Positions 17,690 through 25,800 of a stretch of DNA of 30,736 nt are shown here, one piece after another. Within the stretch, counting starts at the first letter, position 1, and every line of letters begins with the position of its first letter. Source of the DNA: a virus (taxonomy: Duplodnaviria > Heunggongvirae > Uroviricota > Caudoviricetes); the IMG/VR virus record IMGVR_UViG_3300049783_001441. One strand, given 5' to 3'. The position numbers were made by a program, and so were the translations under genes. The notes below the pieces were generated by a model. That model ran no database searches. It worked only from the letters and a program-made list of their open reading frames with translations, and was not told the DNA's origin.

Positions 17690-19525
17690 CTACTCCGCCG
17701 GAATTGGCGTAGCAGCGGGGGTTTCGGCGGGTGCCAAGAGCCCGATAGCGGTCTCCCGGTCAATCTCGCTAAGCGACAAGGTGTCCAGCGTGTGGCCGGC
17801 TAGGGTAAGTAACGTCCGCAAGCCTTCGCCGGAAGTCGAAAGCTGTACCTGCATGGCGACCCGCGCGGTGTCCACCTGCCCGGCACTGTTGATAATCTTC
17901 TGGACCAGCTCCGGGTTGGCGGCGGCTAGCGCGGCTTGTGCCGGGTTGGGCGCGGCGGCTACGGGTGGCGCTGGCTGGGCGGTGTCGCCGGGCACGTTGG
18001 AGCGGTCGGTGAGCTGCGGCGGGGCGGAAGGGCCGGAGGCGTGCGCTATGCCCGCTTGTACCGCGGTGCCAATTACTCCGGGTAACACCTGCCCTAGACC
18101 ATTCACAACCGCGCTGGACAGTTGCGTAGTCAGGGACATCGGTGCTCCGAACAGCACTTGGTGAGCCATGGCCGCATCGGGCTTCTGGCCCGCGTCCAGT
18201 TGGGCCATGAGTAGGCGTTCGCCCAACGGTACCGAGCGCTGGCGATCCTCGCGCTCTGCCGCCATAGTGTCGAGTTCACGCTGAAAGGACAGCGCCATGC
18301 TCATGCGCTGGCTTTGGGCTTCGAGCGCAATGCGCTCAACCTCGGTGGTCATGCGCATGTACCCGTCGATCTGTTTACGGGCCATATCGGTAACCTGTAG
18401 CCCTAGCTGGGCGAGCCGTTCCATGCCTTCGCTCTGGAGTTCGGTGGCCCGCGTGGTGTTCTCCTGAATGGCCGCGCTTACTCCGAACTGGGTTTCCAGC
18501 GGAGCCCTAATCGCGTCGGCGTAAGCGGAGTGAACCCGCCGCGCTTGCTCGGACTGCGGGTCGTATGGTCGGCGCGGTTCGCCAGGGGGAAACTGCGCTC
18601 GCTCGAAAGGTGGGCTGGATGGAGCGCCCCAACTATGCCCGTTGGCAACCCCCGGAACAGGTAACCGCTCACCTTCGGGGTTACCCCACTGGTCTGCTCG
18701 ATGCACCGTCGAGGGGCCACCGCCGAAGTCAACCCCTAGCTCACCGTCGTCTGACCAAACCTCGGGGTCTGCCGCAGCGGTTGTCAGTTCGTCCAGCCCG
18801 GCCCATGCGTCGTCCTCGCCTACGGCTTCGCCTTCGTCTTCGTCTTCGTCATACCCGTGGCCGTCGCCGTCCTCGTACCCGCCCAGCTCTATGCCACGTT
18901 CCGGGGAGTAACCTCCGCCGCCTCCGCCGCCTCTGCCGCTAGGCGCTGTCCAGGGTTCGTTTGACCGCGCATACTCGGCAATGGCCCGCCGGATCGGGGC
19001 GCTTAGCTTCGGGTCAAGTATCCGCTCCATGGCGACGACGTTAGACACCCCCGCCGTGGGGTGAATTGGCGCGAACTGGAAGCGGATTATGCGTTCCTGC
19101 CACGCCTGAATCATCACCGGGTGCGAGATGAGCGCGGAGAACGTCACGCGCAAGGGAATGTCGCCAAGCTGCGCCCACTCACCGTGCCGTTGCCCGCTGA
19201 CGAGGTAACCGGTCAGGTTGGCGCGCACGTCGGCCTCACTAGCCAGGAAAGGCCCCTCTTTGGACCCGTTGCGGTTGCCCAGTGAAGCCCCGGCAGAGCG
19301 TAGCTCTTGCGCCTTGGCTTGTAGGTACGCGTCTCCGTCCAGCTCCAGCCCGTCTGGGCCGGACGACCGGTCGCGTTGCCCGCGAGTAACACTTTCGCGG
19401 TTACCCTCTAACGCTTCGCGTTCCTGGCGGCGCTTCTTCTTCTTACCGCTCTTCTTACCGCCCAAGCTGGCGGTTAGTTCAGCTAGTATGCCGCTTTCGG
19501 TGGGAAGGTCGTCGTCATGGCTCAT
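17690..19525 (-). CDS. Hypothetical protein (611 aa): basic N-terminus, Gly/acidic disordered centre, coiled coil, Pro/Ala-rich C-terminus
   Basis: Long ORF with a GGAG SD 7 nt before ATG 19525; no family recognised. Confidence 0.8.
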   Translation of the reverse strand: MSHDDDLPTESGILAELTASLGGKKSGKKKKRRQEREALEGNRESVTRGQRDRSSGPDGLELDGDAYLQAKAQELRSAGASLGNRNGSKEGPFLASEADVRANLTGYLVSGQRHGEWAQLGDIPLRVTFSALISHPVMIQAWQERIIRFQFAPIHPTAGVSNVVAMERILDPKLSAPIRRAIAEYARSNEPWTAPSGRGGGGGGGYSPERGIELGGYEDGDGHGYDEDEDEGEAVGEDDAWAGLDELTTAAADPEVWSDDGELGVDFGGGPSTVHRADQWGNPEGERLPVPGVANGHSWGAPSSPPFERAQFPPGEPRRPYDPQSEQARRVHSAYADAIRAPLETQFGVSAAIQENTTRATELQSEGMERLAQLGLQVTDMARKQIDGYMRMTTEVERIALEAQSQRMSMALSFQRELDTMAAEREDRQRSVPLGERLLMAQLDAGQKPDAAMAHQVLFGAPMSLTTQLSSAVVNGLGQVLPGVIGTAVQAGIAHASGPSAPPQLTDRSNVPGDTAQPAPPVAAAPNPAQAALAAANPELVQKIINSAGQVDTARVAMQVQLSTSGEGLRTLLTLAGHTLDTLSLSEIDRETAIGLLAPAETPAATPIPAE

Positions 19526-19559
19526 GCTAAGTCTCCGGGGCTAGTGCGCGTCTAGGGCC

Positions 19560-19588
19560 ATATTTAACCGCTACCGTTACCGTGTCAA
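19560..19588 (-). promoter_or_regulatory. Possible leftward promoter in the divergent intergenic region
   Basis: Minus-strand TTGACA (19588-19583) followed after 16-17 bp by TAAATAT; the -10 is imperfect. A rightward TTGACC at 19633-19638 lacks a clear -10. Confidence 0.4.
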
Positions 19589-19677
19589 CTAGTACGTTCC
19601 CACGGTTGCGTACTAACGCTCGTGTGTTACGCTTGACCCGCAGGGCAGTAGCTATTGCCCACACAAGGAGACCGAAC

Positions 19678-20232
19678 ATGGCGCACCGGCTAACCCCCAT
19701 GCAAGATGACCTGATGCGTAAGTGGCTCGCTTGCCGTCGCACTGCAATGTATACCGAGAATGAGCACGAAGCAGCGACCGCTGCCCGCCAACAACGCAGT
19801 TTAGAGGCTAAGTTGCGCGCTGCCGGCATCCGAGACCCCAACGCGGTAAAGTTTGTAGCGGGTAAGGACGCCTCGGTGAGCGCTATGAGCCCGCTCGGGG
19901 GTTACGCGAAGACCGTGGCCAACCTCGCAAGCGAGTTTCTGGGTATCCAGAACCCCGGAGCTTTCGCCGGTGCCGTTGTGGGTAAGGTGGCCCAGCAAGC
20001 TCTGAACGAAGGCGGGGTAGACCTCGCGGGCATGGGTAAGGTGGTCGGTGACACCTACAACATGCAAGCGGGCTGGGGCTACACTTTGGGCCTAGCCCCC
20101 GACGCAGAGACCGGGCGCACGGTGTTGACGATGGAAGGCGAGAGCGCCGGGCTGCTCGCGCTGCTCGAAAACCCGAATCTGCTCGGCACGGTAATCACGA
20201 ACGGGCTTCGCACCGCCGGGAAGATCGACTAA
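19678..20232 (+). CDS. Hypothetical protein with DUF2786-like N-terminal helical hairpin
   Basis: AAGGAG SD before ATG 19678; TENEHEAATAARQQRSLEAK resembles the DUF2786 NEHEA motif; coupled to the helicase by TAATG. Confidence 0.6.
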   Translation: MAHRLTPMQDDLMRKWLACRRTAMYTENEHEAATAARQQRSLEAKLRAAGIRDPNAVKFVAGKDASVSAMSPLGGYAKTVANLASEFLGIQNPGAFAGAVVGKVAQQALNEGGVDLAGMGKVVGDTYNMQAGWGYTLGLAPDAETGRTVLTMEGESAGLLALLENPNLLGTVITNGLRTAGKID

Positions 20233-21632
20233 TGGGCGGCGGCTCCGGTAAGCGGCTCAAGGTGGGCGAGGTCACACTAGCCAAGCAGCAGATGCGCGTG
20301 GTGGAAACCGTAATGGAGCGCGTGCGCGCCAACGCTAAGATCACCGTGTACGACGGCCCCGGCGGTACCGGTAAATCCGTGGTTGCAGCGGCTATCTGCG
20401 GCGAGCTTACCCGTGCAGGGTTCAACCCCGTGCCATGCACCATGGTCGGCAAAGCCGCCGCTCGCTTGCAGGACAAGCTGGACAAGGCCGGGCTCAAGCT
20501 GAAGACCCGCACGCTGTCAAGCCTGTGCGAGCGCGTGTTTATGACTGACGACGGCCCCCGGTTCACGGGCAAAGACTCGGGGTTACCGGATAACTCGGTG
20601 CTCTTCGTTGACGAAATGTCCATGGTGGGTGCCCGCTACCTGACAACCCGGCTACTGCCGGCGGTCGAAGGGTTGCCCATTGTCGGCTGCGGGGACGCTT
20701 TCCAGATCCCCCCGGTCATGGACAAGTCTTCAGGGTTACTCGAAAACACGCCACTCAAACTAACTCAAGTCCACCGCCAAGCTAGGGAATCCCCGATCCT
20801 GGCGCTGGCCTCCGCCATGCGCGAAGACAAGGTTTACTTCTACACCCCGGATGACGAAGACGACCATCGGTTGCTGCACGGTAGCCACGTACGGGAGTTT
20901 GACAGTAACCCCGGTGTGACCTTCATACCAGCGATTGAGTGGTTACCTACGCTGCTATCCGCGTACCCTACTCACCGCATACCCGACATTCCGGTGCTGG
21001 TTGGGACTAACGAAGAGGTGGCGGCCATCAACGACGCGGTTCGTCGGCGTTACCGGTTGGATACTATGCTGCCCATGCCGGACGAAATCATCCGTTGTTT
21101 GCGCAATAACTCCGCAGCCGGTGTCTACAACGGGGAGCACTACCGCGTGGAGCGCGTGGTGTCTATGGCCGACGACGGCGAGAGCATAGTGGTGGAGCTA
21201 AGTGGCGTAGCCGAGAGAGTTACCCTCCCGCTAGACCCGTCGCACGCTCGCTGGTCCAATGTCGGTGACGCCGTGACCTGGGGCTGGGGTTACGCTACAA
21301 CAATCCACCGATCACAGGGTAGCGAGTGGGACCATGTGCGCCTCGTTGTTGGCCCGCACACTGCCGCTAACAGCACTTCTCAAGTGGGGCGGCGGTTACT
21401 CTACACCGGGATCACCCGCGCCGCGAAGCAACTGGACGTGTACGTCGTGGATTACGACTACGCGCGCAAGGTCGCGAAGCTACGCAACCGACTGCGGACC
21501 CGAATCCGAGCGCGGTTACGCCGCGAGTCCGAGCCGCCTACCCCGCGAAGCCCCACCCGAAACTCACCGCGCAAGCGGACTACTCGCCCCAAAAAACAAG
21601 GTCGCATCGACCTCAAGGATCTCCTAAAATGA
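20232..21632 (+). CDS. RecD/Dda-like SF1B 5'-3' DNA helicase
   Basis: GPGGTGKS (20355-20378), VLFVDEMSMV, GCGDAFQIPPV, LTQVHRQ, YATTIHRSQGSEW, LLYTGITRA. Confidence 0.93.
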   Translation: MGGGSGKRLKVGEVTLAKQQMRVVETVMERVRANAKITVYDGPGGTGKSVVAAAICGELTRAGFNPVPCTMVGKAAARLQDKLDKAGLKLKTRTLSSLCERVFMTDDGPRFTGKDSGLPDNSVLFVDEMSMVGARYLTTRLLPAVEGLPIVGCGDAFQIPPVMDKSSGLLENTPLKLTQVHRQARESPILALASAMREDKVYFYTPDDEDDHRLLHGSHVREFDSNPGVTFIPAIEWLPTLLSAYPTHRIPDIPVLVGTNEEVAAINDAVRRRYRLDTMLPMPDEIIRCLRNNSAAGVYNGEHYRVERVVSMADDGESIVVELSGVAERVTLPLDPSHARWSNVGDAVTWGWGYATTIHRSQGSEWDHVRLVVGPHTAANSTSQVGRRLLYTGITRAAKQLDVYVVDYDYARKVAKLRNRLRTRIRARLRRESEPPTPRSPTRNSPRKRTTRPKKQGRIDLKDLLK

Positions 21633-21928
21633 ACCAGCAGATGCTCGTAAACATCCTCGGAATCAGCCCTTCAGACTTGGAGCAGGTTAAATCGTTTTTC
21701 TCCTCGTCCAACCTGAACATGATTAAGAAGCGCCTGGAAGACGCGGATACCTTGCTCCAGATTCTCAAGGTAAAGGCTGACGCCGCCTTGACGCTGCTCA
21801 AGGCTACCCGGCTGTCCGTTGACGCGCACGGTGCGCAGCTAAACGCCGTGGGCGCGGTAGCAAAGGCCAATGCCGAAAAGCTGGACCAGATCCTCGTCTC
21901 ACTGAACCCCACCACAACCCCGGAGTAA
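21629..21928 (+). CDS. Small helical/coiled-coil hypothetical protein (99 aa)
   Basis: ATGA overlap with the helicase stop; amphipathic helical sequence. Confidence 0.7.
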   Translation: MNQQMLVNILGISPSDLEQVKSFFSSSNLNMIKKRLEDADTLLQILKVKADAALTLLKATRLSVDAHGAQLNAVGAVAKANAEKLDQILVSLNPTTTPE

Positions 21929-21932
21929 CACC

Positions 21933-22787
21933 ATGAGCAAGCCTAGAGTTAGAAAGGCTCCCGCAATCAACGCGATCCCGGCTATTGAACCCCACACCGG
22001 CGTAGGGACTACCTCGCGAGGTTTGAACGCCCTCATGCGCTCGGAGTTTGCGCGAGCGGTAACCCTGCGACTAGACCAAACTCGGTACGTGGGCGTAGAC
22101 CTAGAGCGCGCAAACAGCCATGCGCGGGGTAAGGCGCGCTTCATGCTCGTGCTCACCGGACCTGGTGGGCACAAAGACCATATCGCGCTCGGTATGTTCG
22201 CATTCCCGCCGATTTCCACCACGTGGCGACTCATTGCAGACCGCTCGATGGCCGTTCTGGAGGCTCACACGGTACTTGTGGCGGAGGAGCCAGAGCCGGA
22301 GGAGGAGCCCGTGCCGGAGCCGGTAAAGTCGTTCAAGGCCGAGCCCGTAGCCAAGGCCGCGCCCGAGCCCGTCGTGAAGCCCGCGCCCGTAGCTGCGGAG
22401 CCAGCGCCAAAGCCCGAGCCCGCGCCCGAGCCCCCGGAAGAGGACGACGACGAGGAAGGGGAAGAGGAAGAGGCAGAGTACACCCCGGAGCCTCTACCCG
22501 AACCGCCGCCACGCTACCAGACCCCAAAGGAGCCGCGCGTACCTCGACAACGACTAGCCACCCCGCAACCGTCCCCGCTGGCGGCGGGTAACCAGCTTGA
22601 CCCCATGACGCGCCAAGCGCTTGACGATATGCGCGGCGCAAGCAGCGCAGCTAGGGGGCGGCAAGAGGCGCTGAACCGGATCCGACACTTCGCAGCGGCG
22701 TTCCTGAAAGGTGACCGGGCGACGGCCATAACCATCGACGTGACCGGTGAGATCACGATTTCGCGCACCACCGTCGAGCGGGCCTAA
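21933..22787 (+). CDS. Hypothetical protein (284 aa): two small domains joined by a Pro/Glu-rich linker
   Basis: GGAG SD at 21922-21925; EPEPEEEPVPEP...EEDDDEEGEEEE linker. Confidence 0.8.
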   Translation: MSKPRVRKAPAINAIPAIEPHTGVGTTSRGLNALMRSEFARAVTLRLDQTRYVGVDLERANSHARGKARFMLVLTGPGGHKDHIALGMFAFPPISTTWRLIADRSMAVLEAHTVLVAEEPEPEEEPVPEPVKSFKAEPVAKAAPEPVVKPAPVAAEPAPKPEPAPEPPEEDDDEEGEEEEAEYTPEPLPEPPPRYQTPKEPRVPRQRLATPQPSPLAAGNQLDPMTRQALDDMRGASSAARGRQEALNRIRHFAAAFLKGDRATAITIDVTGEITISRTTVERA

Positions 22788-22827
22788 AAAGAGAGCCGGG
22801 TTGCGAGGCTTTCACCCGCAACCCGGC
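22786..22827 (-). terminator. Intrinsic terminator of the giant fibre gene
   Basis: Minus strand GCCGGGTTGCG-GGT-GAAA-GCC-T-CGCAACCCGGC followed by TCTCTTTTT; 11-bp perfect outer stem and GNRA loop. Confidence 0.85.
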
Positions 22828-22841
22828 CCGTTGGCCACCCT

Positions 22842-22877
22842 GCTACGCGGCCCGCTACGCGGGCCGCTACGCGGGCT
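22842..22877. repeat. Imperfect 12-bp tandem repeat x3 (GCTACGCGGSCY)
   Basis: gctacgcggccc / gctacgcgggcc / gctacgcgggct, between the fibre stop codon and its terminator. Confidence 0.9.
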
Positions 22878-25800
22878 TTACGCCTTGGTGCCGATAGCAA
22901 TCCAAGTGACGGTCTCACCGACGTTACTCACGCCATTCGCGCCCGTGTTCCACGAGTTCAGGGTAAACCCGGTGGTCGTGAGGCTGGACAGGTTCGCAAT
23001 ACGGTCACCGGTCGGCGCGTCCGGCATTGATGGCGTAATCACAGGCACGGAGGCAAAGGCCACGGGGTAGGTAACGCTCCCTCCCGTTGCCGTTGTGGTG
23101 CCCCACTGGATCCGCATGGTACCGATGTCGAAGTAGCCACTCGCGGTCTTGTCGTCTACCACAGCATCGGTGACGTTAATCACGCTTTGCTGCGGCTTGA
23201 TACCGTAAACGCTAACCGTTGAGCCGTTCCATGCGTTGGTGCCGCTGAAAGCGACGTTGGCGGTCGAGCCTGCGATGTCCATCTGGGACAGAGACAACGA
23301 GGACGAACCATTGTGATAAAGGAAGGTCGAGGTGCTGTCTGCCCAATCGGCGGTCTCAATCGTGGAAGACAGCCGGATGTTGGTGCCCGCGTTTTTGGGT
23401 GTGAGCTGGACCTCTACAGTCTCGTAAGTAGCGGCGAGCGTCCCCCACGCCTGGGAGATGGTGACCGAGCTAGCGTTAACCGCACCCGTCAACGTCCCCA
23501 GCAGTACGCGCCTGTCAACCACCGGAACAGAGGATGGCTCTACCACCTCGGAATCCGCCAGTTGGGTGACTTCGAGGGTAGGGCGGTCTGACAGTGCAGT
23601 ATTCGTGTTGTCAGTACTGGGCGTAAAGACCCCTAGAGTAACCGTGTCGCCGATTGACAAGTCGTGCGTCGAAACAACGGTCTGCACGTCAACGTCGCCA
23701 CTGGAAGACTGGGCGTTTACCGCCCTCGCAACCACGGTTCCGTTTACCTTGATGTAGACTTGGCTGTTATTCGAAGCCGTCACATTGCCGGCCCGGCCTA
23801 CCAGGGTGTAGGTGCCGGGCTGCGCGATGGTAACGATACCGCCCGCTGCAATAGCGCCGACGTTGTACTCGGGGGTCTCCAGCACTACGTCGGTGTCCGA
23901 ACCAGCAAGCGTAGCCTGCGCCGATACACGCGCGTACTTGGCGCGGTGCAGGGTCACAGCCGTCAACGAGCCAGGGATAACGACTTCCGTCGTGGGGAGC
24001 TGCGTGAGCGAGCTGCTCCATGTCTTGATGTCGAGCGCCCCGGCGGTGTCCGCGCCGAACCGGATGTCGATTACGTCGTTGACTGCGAGTGTGCCTTCCC
24101 AGACGACGGTAGTCGCCCCGTGCACACTCGTGGAGTTCTGTTGGGCGGGGCTCACCGCGAGGACGGTCGCACCGTTTTTGTAAGCACCTGCGAAGTAGCG
24201 CGGGCCGTTTGAGGTCTCGATCCAACCGATGACGGCGGTGAGACTGTACCGGCCAGCTTGCAGGCATGTGTAGCTCTCATTGCCCACGGTGATGTTAGTA
24301 GACTCGGAGAAGAGCGCGCCGCTCATAACCAAGCGGGCCGTGGTTGCGGGTACGCCGGTATGCCACGCGTCCACCTCGGGTACCGCGACTGACTGGATTG
24401 TGTTGCTCTGGATGTCCGTAGATGCCTGCGAGGCCGTGGAGTACGCCAGTGTCGTGGCTTCGGTGTAGGTCGGGTCCACAACCAGCGAAACTACGGATGA
24501 GCTGGGGTTCTGCCGGATTGACAGCACGCACTGGTCGGCCAGGGCTGTATTCGGGTCGGTAAGGGCGGTAACCTCTGCGCTATCACTGACGCCATCGGCA
24601 TCGGAGTCTGCGAGAGCCGGGTTAGTGCCGAGTGCGATTTCATCGAAGTCCGTGATGCCGTCGCCGTCCGTATCCGTGGTGCTAACGTAGGTGCCCCGGC
24701 AGTCCTCGCCGGACCCCACTGTCACGGTTGTAGCCAGCGTCATGTAGGTGTTAGCGAAGACGCGAGCGCAGAAGTTACCGGGGTTGGTAACGACCACGCC
24801 AGCGGCCAAAGTAACGTATTGGCGGGCCAGAATGACGCCGGGGATGTTCACGAGGGTCGCGATTGCCGCGTAGGTGCCTACACTCCAGATCACCTGCACG
24901 TTGTCGGTCGCGTTGACGACGCGGATTTCCGCGCCGGCTGCGGCACTAAAGTAACTGCCGATATTGAACACGAACTTCGCGTCACGACCTTGACAGTCCA
25001 GCGTGATAATCGCTGCGGCTGATACGCTAAGAAATGCCGCGGTTGTGTAGACGCCCGGCGTGATTACCGCCCCGGTAGCCAGGATACCCGCTGCGGTGGT
25101 CAGCGTGTTGGTAGCGGTCAAGGCCGCGAGCGTGTCGATTGCTGCGGTCACGGCTGCGGTCTGGTCTGCAATGACCGGCGCGGCAACCCCTGTTGTCTGG
25201 GTGCCCGCGGAGGCTCCAGCGCCTAGGGTGATGACTCCCGTTGCGTTTATCGCGCCGGTTACAACGCCAGCGGCGAGCAAGTCCACTGTGGACCCGCCGT
25301 GGACAGCCCCGGCAGTTGTGCTGCTAGCACCGAGAGAGATACTGCCGACGGCCTCCACGTTGCCACCGGTTACACAAGTCGAAGCAACGTCGACTGTGCT
25401 GCCGCCCTGGATGGTCCCTGTAACCTCGGTTTCAGCGCCGATGGACAGGGCACCAATGGACAGAATGTCGCCCCAAATGGGCTGGGGTATGGAGGTCGTC
25501 GCGCCGGTGATGGTGGTGGTCGTACCCGTAAACAGGGTCTTGGTGGACAGCACGCTTCCGAGCAGTGTCGCGAGGTCCAGAAAGCCAGTGGGGCCGATGG
25601 ACGTGACGTGCAGCCCCATCTGCACGGTGTCGCCGGCCACGAGTTCGTAGTCGGTGGAGACGTGCATGGTGTCGGCTTGCGCTTCCGCCCGGCCTAGTTG
25701 CTTACGATGGCGAATAGCCTTGACGCCGTTAACCTTGATGTAGGTCTCGGTGAAGTGCGGGTACGCGGGTCCAGTGCTCTGGTAAACCGAGTTGTTGCCG

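Noticed and set aside
19582-19677. ORF-track N-terminal extensions (starts at 19582, 2822, 4207, 9268 and 17607)
   Set aside because: They overlap promoter elements or upstream genes; downstream ATGs have better SD sites or stop-start coupling.
22878-23200. Diversity-generating retroelement targeting the fibre C-terminus
   Set aside because: No reverse transcriptase and no near-identical template/variable repeat pair visible in this window; cannot be excluded elsewhere in the genome.
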